DNA from: Ktedonobacterales bacterium | GTDB lineage: Bacteria; Chloroflexota; Ktedonobacteria; Ktedonobacterales; JADMIN01 | Direction of reading: 5' to 3' | Length of the DNA: 64,000 bases | NCBI GenBank assembly: GCA_036391835.1 | Contig: DASVZC010000114.1 | Span: forward strand, 9,805 to 73,804 | In this document: positions 1 to 8,796 of the stretch, piece by piece | Layout of the letters: every line of letters begins with the position of its first letter | How positions within the stretch are numbered: the stretch's first letter is position 1 | Made by a program: the position numbers and the translations under genes | Notes under the pieces: model-generated | Told to the model about the DNA's origin: nothing | The model's database searches: none | Seen by the model: the letters and a program-made list of their open reading frames with translations, nothing else

Positions 1-1456
1 GATCTTCCTCGGTCAACACCAGCGGACGCTCAGCGCCAAGCTGGATGCGGTCAAGCGCGTCGAAGAAGCAGCGCATGTTCACCCGATCGAGGTTCCGGCG
101 CGCGGCCAAGAGCGCAGCCTCGTTGACGAGGTTCGCCAGATCGGCGCCGACCATGCCGGTCGTCGTGCGCGCCAGCAACTGGAGGTCCACGTCGGAGGCC
201 ATTGGCACACCGCGCGAATGGATGCTCAGAATCGCCTGGCGGCCCTTCCAGTCAGGGCGGTCCACGGTGACACGGCGATCGAAACGTCCAGGACGCAGCA
301 ACGCCTGGTCGAGGTTGTCGGGGCGGTTAGTCGCCGCGATCACCACGACTGCCTGACGCGAGTCGAAGCCGTCCATCTCCACCAGCAACTGGTTGAGGGT
401 CTGCTCGCGCTCGTCGTTGGTGGTCAGGCTGGTGCCGCGCTGGCGGCCAACCGCGTCAATTTCGTCGATGAAGATGATGCTCGGCGCGGCTTTCTTGGCC
501 TGGTCGAACAGGTCACGCACACGGCTCGCGCCGACGCCGACCAGCACCTCGACGAACTCAGAGCCCGACATCGAGAAGAATGGCACTCCTGCCTCGCCAG
601 CCACGGCTCGCGCAAGCAGCGTCTTACCAGTTCCCGGAGGGCCAACGAGCAGGGCGCCCTTCGGAATCTTGCCGCCCAATCGCTGGAACTTCTGTGGCGT
701 CTTGAGGAACTCGACGACCTCTTCCAGTTCAGACTTCGCCTCGTCCACGCCCGCCACATCGGCGAAGGTGGTATTCGGGCGATCCTCCATGATCAATTTT
801 GCGCGGCTACGCCCGAAGTTGAAGATGTTCTGCTGGCTCTGAGTCGCCCGCCGCGAGAACCAGAGGAGCAAGCCTACCAGCAACACGATCGGCACGACGT
901 TGATCGCCAGGCCAAACCAGAAATCGCTCGACCCAGTGCTCTTGTTGTTGTACTTCACGTTGTGCGCCGTCAGCGCATCCTGCAAGGGCGCGTCATTGGC
1001 GAAGTGTTCGAAAGTGTGGAATTTATCAGACGTGACAGTTGTTCCGTCCGCCTGTTTGTAGGTGATCTGTGTACTCAACTGGCCGTCAATGTTGCCATTG
1101 TCGTAGAGCGTGACGGATGTCACCTCATTCTGATTGACATAGCTGATGAAGTCGCTATAGCCCATGTCAATCGACGCGCCATTCGCGCTCTGGTTGAGCC
1201 AGTTGTAGAGTTCGACGCCGACCAGCACGATCAGCGCGAGCAGCAGCAGGCGCGAGATCCAGCTCAGGCTGGCGGAGCCACGCGGCCGGTTGCCGCCACT
1301 GCCAGCGGGGCCAGGCCCGCCGGCGTTGTTCGAAGGCCGGTTGGGTGGGCCTCCCTGCGGATTGTTCAGGGCATTAAAAGAAGGAATCAGCGCCGAGACG
1401 CGAGCGCGCACCGACTGAGATTCCTGCGTAGCCCGGAGCGATGATCGTTGATCCAT
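1..1456 (-). CDS. ftsH: ATP-dependent zinc metalloprotease FtsH, N-terminal ~485 codons (3' end lies beyond window start)
   Basis: Not in the ORF track because it runs off the edge. Reverse-strand translation from ATG (1456-1454) gives [11 protein letters not shown]..., a TM segment ([12 protein letters not shown]), then the AAA+ module [79 protein letters not shown] and RPGRFDRRV. The + ORFs 218-1444 and 393-842 are antisense shadows. Confidence 0.9.
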   Translation of the reverse strand, partial: MDQRSSLRATQESQSVRARVSALIPSFNALNNPQGGPPNRPSNNAGGPGPAGSGGNRPRGSASLSWISRLLLLALIVLVGVELYNWLNQSANGASIDMGYSDFISYVNQNEVTSVTLYDNGNIDGQLSTQITYKQADGTTVTSDKFHTFEHFANDAPLQDALTAHNVKYNNKSTGSSDFWFGLAINVVPIVLLVGLLLWFSRRATQSQQNIFNFGRSRAKLIMEDRPNTTFADVAGVDEAKSELEEVVEFLKTPQKFQRLGGKIPKGALLVGPPGTGKTLLARAVAGEAGVPFFSMSGSEFVEVLVGVGASRVRDLFDQAKKAAPSIIFIDEIDAVGRQRGTSLTTNDEREQTLNQLLVEMDGFDSRQAVVVIAATNRPDNLDQALLRPGRFDRRVTVDRPDWKGRQAILSIHSRGVPMASDVDLQLLARTTTGMVGADLANLVNEAALLAARRNLDRVNMRCFFDALDRIQLGAERPLVLTEED

Positions 1457-1786
1457 CTTCGCTCGCGCCTCGCTTTCAAATGGGATCGCGTGCGCGGGGG
1501 CGCCCCGGCGACGCAAACATGCGGCGTGGGGAATGTTCCAGCATCCGCCCACGCCAGAGACTTCTCGGATTATACCGCAGGAACGCGACCCATCCACCGA
1601 CGAGCGCGTCGCAGCAGCATCACTGTTCAGAGTGTATACGCGCCAGAGGCAAAAATGGCGCCTATATCCACGCAAATCCGTGTCTTTTCATGCGCCTCGA
1701 TGCATTTCTGTGTGTCTACAGATAACTACACGCGATGAACGTCGACGGAGCGATTGCGGCGACCTTCCAGCGTGGGGCATGGCGCG

Positions 1787-1795
1787 TGCTACAAT
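1787..1795 (+). promoter_or_regulatory. Candidate extended -10 promoter (TGCTACAAT) for the MoxR/VWA operon
   Basis: TGnTAnnnT motif about 65 nt upstream of the proposed GTG start at 1859, in an intergenic region divergent from ftsH. Confidence 0.4.
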
Positions 1796-1858
1796 ATTCC
1801 GCAAGCCGCAGCGCGCCTGCCTCCACATGCGCCACCCGGAGCCGAAGGAGTGTTTCTC

Positions 1859-2845
1859 GTGTCAGACAACGCCAGCGTCACGCCTGGGTCCACCTCGGCG
1901 CATCCGCACAACGCCTCACAGGCGCCATTCAATCCAGCGACGGTAGACGATGTCATGAAGGCGCTGGGCCATCACAGCTATATCGCTGACCGTGGACTGG
2001 CGACAGCCATCTTCCTCGCGCTCAAACGTCACAAACCGCTGCTGTTGGAAGGTGAGCCAGGCGTCGGCAAGACAGAGGTGGCGCGCACCCTCGCGTCGCT
2101 GCTGAACACCAAACTGATTCGGCTGCAATGCTACGAAGGCATCGACCAGTCGAGCGCGGTCTACGAATGGAACTATGCGCGCCAACTGCTCTATATTCGC
2201 CTGCTGGAGGCGCGCAATGCCGACAACGCGGCGGAAAGCTCAGCGCGGCTGCACGATGTCTTTGGCCCGGACTTCCTGATCCGCCGCCCGCTGCTGGAGG
2301 CGCTGGAATCCACGAACGATCATGCGCCTGTCCTACTGATCGACGAACTCGACCGCTCCGACGCCGAATTCGAGGCGTATCTGCTGGAGTTGCTCAGCGA
2401 CTACCAGATCACGATTCCAGAGATTGGCACCCAGCGCGCCGCGCGTCCACCGATTGTGGTCATCACCTCGAACCGCACGCGCGATATTCACGATGCGTTG
2501 CGCCGCCGCTGCCTCTACTACTGGATCGAGTATCCATCGCTGCAGAAGGAATACGCCATCGTGCGAACACGCGTGCCCGAAGCGCCAGATCTGCTGGCGC
2601 GGCAGGTAGTGGCATTCGTGCAGTTGCTACGCGGCGAAGATCTCTTCAAAGCGCCCGGCGTGGCGGAGACGCTCGACTGGCTGGGCGCGCTGGTGACGCT
2701 GGGCCAGAGCGAACTCTCCGAGGGCGCGGTCGAAGATGCGCTCGGCGCGCTGCTGAAGTATCAGGACGACCTGCAGAAGATCACCCAGGGTGGCGTGCTT
2801 GGCCGACTGGTAGAGCAGGCGCGCCAGTCGGCAGCCAAGGACTAG
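1859..2845 (+). CDS. MoxR/CoxD-like AAA+ ATPase
   Basis: ORF 1754-2845. Walker A LLLEGEPGVGKTE, Walker B VLLIDELDR, N-terminal YIADRGLATAIFLAL typical of the CoxD/MoxR family. Start placed at GTG 1859, 8 nt after AAGGAG; ATG 1955 would clip the conserved N-terminus. Start uncertain. Confidence 0.85.
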   Translation: MSDNASVTPGSTSAHPHNASQAPFNPATVDDVMKALGHHSYIADRGLATAIFLALKRHKPLLLEGEPGVGKTEVARTLASLLNTKLIRLQCYEGIDQSSAVYEWNYARQLLYIRLLEARNADNAAESSARLHDVFGPDFLIRRPLLEALESTNDHAPVLLIDELDRSDAEFEAYLLELLSDYQITIPEIGTQRAARPPIVVITSNRTRDIHDALRRRCLYYWIEYPSLQKEYAIVRTRVPEAPDLLARQVVAFVQLLRGEDLFKAPGVAETLDWLGALVTLGQSELSEGAVEDALGALLKYQDDLQKITQGGVLGRLVEQARQSAAKD

Positions 2846-2878
2846 CGCATTAGCGGAGAGGCGAAACAGGCGTAGCGC

Positions 2879-4204
2879 ATGCCGACACATCACGATGGCC
2901 CAATCCCCAATGCTGAAGAGCGAGCGCGCGGCGAATTGCTGCTCGCGCGCATCATCGACTTCACTCGCCTGCTCTGGGAGATGGGGCTCGACATCGGGCC
3001 GGGGCGCGTGGTGGAGGTTGCGCGCGGGCTATCGCTGGTCAACCTGGGCGCCCGCGAGGAGTTCTACCACTACCTCAAGGTGAATCTGGTGTCGCGCCAC
3101 GAGCACGAGGCGCTCTTCGACGCAGCGTTCGCGTGGTTCTGGCGGCAACCAGGGCAGGCCGGTACTGCGCCACCACCCGAGTTGGAGGCAGCGAAGGCCC
3201 GCCGGCGCTCATCCACGATGCTGCCGCCGGATCGCCAGCGCGAGGAAGACGCCGAGAACGCGCGCAAAGAGCAGCAGCCCAGCATGCAAACGCGCCATCC
3301 CGCCTCACGCCTACGCGACGCCCGCCGCAAGGAGAAGGCCGCCCAGCCAGAGGAGCGGGAAGAGCAGCAGATTGGCGTCTACAGCGCGGATGAAGCGCTG
3401 CGTCGCAAGGACTTCGAGGAGTTCTCGTGGGATGAGATGCGCCAGGCGCGTGAGATGATGGCGAAAATGCGCTGGCGACTGGGCATGCGCCAGACACGCC
3501 GCCTGCGTCCCGCGCGCCGTGGCGAATATCTCGATCTACGCCGCACCTTCCGCCGCAGTCTGCGTGCAGGTGGCGAGCCAGTCAGCCTCTCACGCCGCGA
3601 ACGCCGCCGCAAGCCGCGTCCACTCGTCATCATTTGCGACATCAGCGGCTCGATGAGCCTCTATTCGCGGCTGCTGCTCCACTTCATCCACACCGTCTCA
3701 AATGGGCGCGAGCATGTCGAGACGTTCGTGTTTGGCACGCGACTGACGCGCATCACACGGCAACTGGCGCGGCGCGATGTGGACGCGGCAGTGCAGGATG
3801 TGACGCGCACCGTGCAGGATTGGTCGGGCGGCACGCGCATTGGCGAATCGCTACGGACGTTCAACTTTCGCTGGGCGCGGCGCACACTGGGACGCGGCGC
3901 AGTCGTGCTGATCATCAGCGACGGCTGGGATCGCGGCGATACGACGGTGCTGGCGCAGGAGATGGAGCGACTGCAGCGCAACTGTCACCGTCTGATCTGG
4001 CTCAATCCGCTGCTCGGGCAAGAAGGATATCGTCCCGTCACCGCAGGCATGCGCGCCGCATTGCCTTACATCGACGATTTCCTGCCAGCGCACTCGCTCG
4101 ACAGCCTCATCGCGCTGGGCAAGCTCCTCGAATCCGTGGACGACACTGCACGTCCGGCCCGCGTCGCGCGCATCCAGCCGCCACCCACGCCCGTGCGGAG
4201 GTAG
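2879..4204 (+). CDS. VWA domain protein, CoxE-like (MoxR partner)
   Basis: MIDAS-type LVIICDISGSMSLYSR, FVFGTRLTRIT, VLIISDGWDRGD and LIWLNPLLG. Lies 33 nt downstream of the MoxR-like gene. Central R/E-rich linker. Confidence 0.85.
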   Translation: MPTHHDGPIPNAEERARGELLLARIIDFTRLLWEMGLDIGPGRVVEVARGLSLVNLGAREEFYHYLKVNLVSRHEHEALFDAAFAWFWRQPGQAGTAPPPELEAAKARRRSSTMLPPDRQREEDAENARKEQQPSMQTRHPASRLRDARRKEKAAQPEEREEQQIGVYSADEALRRKDFEEFSWDEMRQAREMMAKMRWRLGMRQTRRLRPARRGEYLDLRRTFRRSLRAGGEPVSLSRRERRRKPRPLVIICDISGSMSLYSRLLLHFIHTVSNGREHVETFVFGTRLTRITRQLARRDVDAAVQDVTRTVQDWSGGTRIGESLRTFNFRWARRTLGRGAVVLIISDGWDRGDTTVLAQEMERLQRNCHRLIWLNPLLGQEGYRPVTAGMRAALPYIDDFLPAHSLDSLIALGKLLESVDDTARPARVARIQPPPTPVRR

Positions 4205-4241
4205 CGAATCCGCCCAACGGCGACCGGCCGCGGGGTAGCGC

Positions 4242-5183
4242 TTACTCTGGAAAGTCGATCTCGTCGCGGGCGTGCCGCTCTTGTGGGAGCAGACTCGCGT
4301 AGAGGAACTCGTGGTGCGGTGCGCGCATGCCTATCACGTGGGCAGCGCGCACCACGGCGCCCACCTGTGTCTCCAGTTCGGATGGACGACCATCGAGGAT
4401 GTCACGCTGCATGGAGGTGGTGGCTTCTCCAGACTCGGCGTCCCAGAAGGCAAGAGTTCTGGTTACCACGTCGTCGGCCACATGCACCCCGTGCGCCCGC
4501 GCCACATGGAATACCTCAGTCATCACGCCTTCGAGCAGCGCGCGTGACTCGGAAATTGTGCGCACCACGCCAATCGGCGCGCGGGTGACAGCGCCAACCG
4601 CGCCGACCGGCGAGACGAAGAGCAGTTTCTCCCACAGCGCCACACGGATGTCGGGCGCAATTTTCGTCTGGAGACCCGCGGCGGCGAACACGGCATTCAG
4701 TCGCTCGATGCGCTCAGTATGCTTGTTGTCGAGTTCGCCGATAGTGATCCAGGGTCGGGGTTGGGTATTCTGGATGTGCGCTGGACCGACCAGGGAGCCA
4801 AAGAGGCCGCAGAGCCCGCCGATGACTCGGCGATCTCCAAATGCGGCCGCGAGTTGGTCAGGCGCTTCCACGCCATTGAGGAGCGGCGCGATGAACGTCT
4901 CCTCGCCGATCAGTGGGCGCATCGTCTCGATGGCGCCCGGAACCTGCCAGCCCTTCACCGCCAGCAAGACAACATCCACCGAGCCAACCTCGGCGGCGTC
5001 GTCCGTCGCCTGCGCGGGGTGGACGACAAAGTCACCGTCGGCGCTATCGACCCGCAAGCCTGACTCTCGTATCGCGCGCAGATGTTCTCCGCGCGCCAGA
5101 AATACGACATTCTCACCCGCCAGCGATAAGCGCCCCCCAAAGTAGCCGCCAACCGCCCCGGTTCCCACGACCGCGATCCGCAT
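4242..5183 (-). CDS. panE: 2-dehydropantoate 2-reductase family (ApbA/PanE) oxidoreductase
   Basis: ORF 4242-5267 trimmed to ATG 5183. N-terminal Rossmann motif MRIAVVGTGAVGGYFGGRLSLAG. Length and layout fit the ketopantoate reductase family. Confidence 0.7.
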   Translation of the reverse strand: MRIAVVGTGAVGGYFGGRLSLAGENVVFLARGEHLRAIRESGLRVDSADGDFVVHPAQATDDAAEVGSVDVVLLAVKGWQVPGAIETMRPLIGEETFIAPLLNGVEAPDQLAAAFGDRRVIGGLCGLFGSLVGPAHIQNTQPRPWITIGELDNKHTERIERLNAVFAAAGLQTKIAPDIRVALWEKLLFVSPVGAVGAVTRAPIGVVRTISESRALLEGVMTEVFHVARAHGVHVADDVVTRTLAFWDAESGEATTSMQRDILDGRPSELETQVGAVVRAAHVIGMRAPHHEFLYASLLPQERHARDEIDFPE

Positions 5184-5324
5184 AGCATCCCCCTGCATCG
5201 CCGCACAGGCGACACGAGCGCCCACAACATCTCTACTGCGCCAGATTGTAGCGCACGCGGGCCACATGTATAGTAAGGAGGCGACGCCGAGGACGACGTA
5301 TTGCGATCAAGGAGTCAATACACG

Positions 5325-6335
5325 ATGGAAGCAGTGAGTGATACACAGTGGTGGAATCCCGCGTATCTGCTTGGCAAATTCATGTTGTCTCCGACATTGG
5401 GCAGACGAGCATCGGCGACACTGATTGACCTGATACTCGTCTCGACGCTCCAGTACTGGGTGAGCCTGGTTTTCGGAGTCTATCAGCCTGTGGCGTCTGG
5501 AAGTGAAAACGCGCTCCTCAATGGCGATGGGATGTCCCTCTACGTGGGGCAAACCGCTACCCTCTCATATTTCTGGCTCGCCATCACCATCATCGCCTAC
5601 TTCACCTGCTTCGAGGCGCTCTTCGGCGCGACGCCCGGCAAAGGGCTGCTCAGGCTTCAGGTGATGAACCTGGATGGTGGACGACCGTCTGTACGAGCGA
5701 TACTCACGCGCAATGTCTTTCGGCTGGTGGACACACTGCCTCTGTTCTACATCGTCGGTGGGCTGGTCGCGCAGAGCACGATGCACGAGCAGCGCGTAGG
5801 CGACATCATTGCGAGCACAACGGTGGTTGCCCGCGAGACGGACACCCGCGCTGCCACAGGGGTGGGACGCACGCTACTGAAACTGCTGCTGGTGGGCGCT
5901 GTACTGGCGGCGCTGGTCGGTGGCGGAATCGCCTTTCAATACTACGAGCGGGCGCCACTGATCATCCAAAGCTGGGCAAACGCAAACAACGAATATCCCG
6001 AAAGCCACAACTCGACGAGTCCCACGAGCTTCAATTGTGGACCATCGCCTGTGTGGTATCCGGACGGCAGAACTGATACTCGCCCTATCATCGAATATGC
6101 CGTGGGCGCGCCCGAGTGGGGTCAGGGCATCGTCACCTACCCCATCCGCGTCTACGTCTGGAACAGCGCGACGAACGGTGGGCAGCCGCCAACCACGCCT
6201 AACCAGGTCAGCATGTCGATCATCAGTCCTGGGTCAGACGTCTTCGACGGCCATATCCGGTTCACTGACTTCAATCCGCTGAATGGCGGCTGGCGCATCG
6301 GAGGCGGCGACATGGGGTGCTCGCCCGCGAAGTAA
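5325..6335 (+). CDS. RDD family membrane protein with uncharacterised C-terminal extracytoplasmic domain
   Basis: ATG 5325 lies 10 nt after AAGGAG; the track start 5301 is TTG. RDD-like block RRASATLIDLILV...FEALFGATPGKGLLRLQV...RNVFRLVD with TM helices. Confidence 0.7.
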   Translation: MEAVSDTQWWNPAYLLGKFMLSPTLGRRASATLIDLILVSTLQYWVSLVFGVYQPVASGSENALLNGDGMSLYVGQTATLSYFWLAITIIAYFTCFEALFGATPGKGLLRLQVMNLDGGRPSVRAILTRNVFRLVDTLPLFYIVGGLVAQSTMHEQRVGDIIASTTVVARETDTRAATGVGRTLLKLLLVGAVLAALVGGGIAFQYYERAPLIIQSWANANNEYPESHNSTSPTSFNCGPSPVWYPDGRTDTRPIIEYAVGAPEWGQGIVTYPIRVYVWNSATNGGQPPTTPNQVSMSIISPGSDVFDGHIRFTDFNPLNGGWRIGGGDMGCSPAK

Positions 6336-6343
6336 GGCGCCAC

Positions 6344-6754
6344 TCAGCCCTCTGGTTGCGGGGATGGTGGTAGCGCGACGAGGCGGGTGTAGAGCGTGTC
6401 GAGCAGAGCGGTAGGCTCGGAGCAGAGGCCCGAGTGCGTGGGCGACGGCTGGATGATCGTGCTGCTGGGAGCGACGAGCCAGTGGAAGCGCTCAGCCTGC
6501 GAGAGCCGCGCGATGGGGCCAGCGGTGGGATCGCCTTCTGCGACGCGGCGCAGTCCTTCCAGCTGGCCAGCGATAGCCTCCAGATCGAGTGGTGGCCAGA
6601 GCGCGCGCAACCGTTCGAGGTCGTGCGTCAGGCGAATGCCGAGGTAGCGACGCTGGCGGCACAACAGCACGACGCCAACATTCATACACTCGCCGCGTTC
6701 AACCTCTGGCACGACACGAATCAGCGCATAGTCAAACGAGTTGCGTGCGGGCAT
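6344..6754 (-). CDS. DUF3037 domain protein
   Basis: FDYALIRVVPEVERGECMNVGVVLLC is a typical DUF3037 N-terminus. ATG 6754 overlaps the upstream kinase-like gene by 23 nt. Confidence 0.75.
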   Translation of the reverse strand: MPARNSFDYALIRVVPEVERGECMNVGVVLLCRQRRYLGIRLTHDLERLRALWPPLDLEAIAGQLEGLRRVAEGDPTAGPIARLSQAERFHWLVAPSSTIIQPSPTHSGLCSEPTALLDTLYTRLVALPPSPQPEG

Positions 6755-7511
6755 GCTCCGCCTCCTCGACGAACACGCTCGACGCATCGCGTCGGGTGAG
6801 CAGATAGTCTACATAGGCGGCGCGATGCCCGTCCGGGCTGGCGAATTGCGGCTCATCGCCCAGCCACGCCTCCGGAATCAGCGCGACGATGCTCTCCAGC
6901 GTCTCACGGGTTAGCGCATCACGCAGCCGCGCATCCACTGCGCGCAACTGGCGGGCCAGCGGCAGCAGCGCATGCTCCGCGATTTGCTTGAATGGCGTAC
7001 GTGCTCGGCTGAGATAGTCAGCCCAGGTGTGATGGAAGTAGAGTGACGCGCCATGGTCGATCAGCCAGAGACGATGATTCCACACGAGCATATTGGTATT
7101 GCGCGGCGTGCGGTCGATATTCGTCACGTAGGCGTCGAACCAGACAATCGCGGAGGCGAGTTCCTCATCTATCGGGAATGGAGCCGCAACGGTGTAGGGG
7201 AGCGAACCCGGCAAATAGTCCAGACCGAGATTGAGACCAGGGCTGGCCATCAGGAGGTCGCGCACCTCGAAGTCCGGCTCGTTGCGACCGAGCGCGGGAT
7301 CGAGGTCGATGAAGACAATCTCTGGCACCGGCAGGCCGAGCGCGCGGCCAATCTCGCCCGCGACCAGTTCAGCGATCAACGCGCGTGGCCCTTGCCCAGC
7401 GCCGCGAAACTTCAGCACGTACAGCCCATCATCGTCGGCCTCGACCAGACCGGGCAATGAGCCACCTTCGCGCAATGGTGTGACATAGCGGGTGGCAAGA
7501 ACGGTGCGCAT
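6732..7511 (-). CDS. HipA-like / PI3-PI4-kinase-fold kinase family protein
   Basis: ORF trimmed to ATG 7511 with AGGAG 9 nt upstream. Kinase-like catalytic motifs NIDRTPRNTNMLV and LIDHGASLYFHH. This family is the usual partner of DUF3037. Confidence 0.7.
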   Translation of the reverse strand: MRTVLATRYVTPLREGGSLPGLVEADDDGLYVLKFRGAGQGPRALIAELVAGEIGRALGLPVPEIVFIDLDPALGRNEPDFEVRDLLMASPGLNLGLDYLPGSLPYTVAAPFPIDEELASAIVWFDAYVTNIDRTPRNTNMLVWNHRLWLIDHGASLYFHHTWADYLSRARTPFKQIAEHALLPLARQLRAVDARLRDALTRETLESIVALIPEAWLGDEPQFASPDGHRAAYVDYLLTRRDASSVFVEEAEHARTQLV

Positions 7512-7562
7512 GACATGGACTCCTGAACAGCGAGGGCGCACGACGTCGCGCGAGCCGCCATC

Positions 7563-7571
7563 ATGATAGCA
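7563..7571 (-). promoter_or_regulatory. Candidate extended -10 promoter (TGCTATCAT on minus strand) for the kinase/DUF3037 pair
   Basis: Reverse complement of atgatagca, about 52 nt upstream of ATG 7511. Confidence 0.4.
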
Positions 7572-7673
7572 TGCCAACGGCATCGCACGAGCGCCATACG
7601 ACGCGCGAGGATAGGTGGGCGAGAGCAAGAGAAGAAGACAGTCTGGCGAAACGCCGCCCGCCCCAGCAACCCA

Positions 7674-8492
7674 CTACAACACGCCCTGCTTATAGAAGAA
7701 ATACGCCGAGATGAGCAGGCCCACGGCGATGACGAATCGGCGAACGTAGAGCGGCGGCACGCGGTGCGCCAGCGCGGCGCCACCATAGCCGCCCGCGACT
7801 GCGCCGACGATCATCAGTAGCGCCTGCGACCAGTAGATCGCGCCCGCGATGATGAAGGCGATGACTGCCACGCCGTTGATGACGCTGGCGAGCACGACCT
7901 TCAGCGCATTCATCGCGTGGATGTCGCGCATGCCGAGCAGCGAGAGGGCTGCCAGCATCATGATGCCGATGCCACCGCCAAAGAAGCCGCCATACATCGC
8001 GATGATGAACTGCACGGCCATCACGATGAGAAGCGCACGCGGCGATTGTCCGCTCATAATGGCGCCGTCGGTCGGCGTGGCTCCGTCAGCGGGCGCGGAA
8101 CCCTCACGACGGGCGCGCAGCCACTGACCAACGCTGCCGCCGAACGCAAAGATCAGCGTCGCGATGAGCAGCAGCCACGGAATCAGGTGGTCGAACAGCT
8201 TGGGCGGTGTCTTGAGCAGAATCACGGCGCCCAGCACACCGCCGACGACACTCACGGCAGAGAAGAGCAGGAGTTCACGCCGCTCGTGCGCGAAGTCCTT
8301 GCGATAGGCCGGAATGCTGGCGACGGAGCCGGGAAACATCGCGATAGTGTTGGTCGCGTTGGCGGGGATGGAGGGTACGCCAGTGAAAAGCAGCGTCGGA
8401 AAAGAAATGAAACTGCCGCCACCCGCGACGGAATTGAGCGCGCCCGCGAGCATAGCCGCAAGAAACAGCGCGGCCCCCTGGAGGATTGTCAT
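7674..8492 (-). CDS. TauE/SafE family sulfite/anion exporter
   Basis: Trimmed to ATG 8492 (MTILQGAALF...). Motif LNSVAGGGSFISFPTLLF. Polytopic membrane protein with a repeated half-structure. Confidence 0.85.
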   Translation of the reverse strand: MTILQGAALFLAAMLAGALNSVAGGGSFISFPTLLFTGVPSIPANATNTIAMFPGSVASIPAYRKDFAHERRELLLFSAVSVVGGVLGAVILLKTPPKLFDHLIPWLLLIATLIFAFGGSVGQWLRARREGSAPADGATPTDGAIMSGQSPRALLIVMAVQFIIAMYGGFFGGGIGIMMLAALSLLGMRDIHAMNALKVVLASVINGVAVIAFIIAGAIYWSQALLMIVGAVAGGYGGAALAHRVPPLYVRRFVIAVGLLISAYFFYKQGVL

Positions 8493-8660
8493 GCGTGTGT
8501 CCTGATCTCTGTGGCGCGGCGCCTCAACAGCAAGCGCCGCATGCTCCCTCGATCGTGTGTTACATCCTACCGCTTGTGTCACAAGCCACGCAACCTGAGG
8601 AGCGTGTCAGGCCACGCAGCGCCAGACGTCGCCATAATCTCGGCCAGACCCCTGCGCTGC

Positions 8661-8669
8661 TGCTATAAT
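8661..8669 (+). promoter_or_regulatory. Candidate extended -10 promoter (TGCTATAAT) for purL
   Basis: Perfect TGnTATAAT, 128 nt upstream of the GTG start at 8797. Confidence 0.5.
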
Positions 8670-8683
8670 GCAGTGTCCACTAC

Positions 8684-8703
8684 TGGATACTTTTGGATAC
8701 TTT
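8684..8703 (+). repeat. Perfect tandem direct repeat TGGATACTTT x2 in the purL leader
   Basis: tggatacttt (8684-8693) is immediately repeated at 8694-8703, about 15-35 nt downstream of the -10 element. Confidence 0.8.
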
Positions 8704-8796
8704 CCGATGACGCCACTCAACCGAACGCGCGCCGAGCGTTGTTCGTCATACAGCACACCCTTGCGGAGCATCACGCATGGGGAAAAGGAGCGCGCC

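Noticed and set aside
218-1444. 408-aa + strand ORF (and 393-842, 45-356) at the left edge
   Set aside because: It is antisense to a clear ftsH reading frame. Its composition is R/A/H-rich and it has no motifs. This is a typical high-GC shadow ORF.
8583-8796. Possible purine or ZTP riboswitch in the purL leader
   Set aside because: I could not find the conserved cores (purine three-way junction, or the ZTP GGGTCGTGA...CCGCCTGGGCA type). Only the tandem 10-mer stands out.
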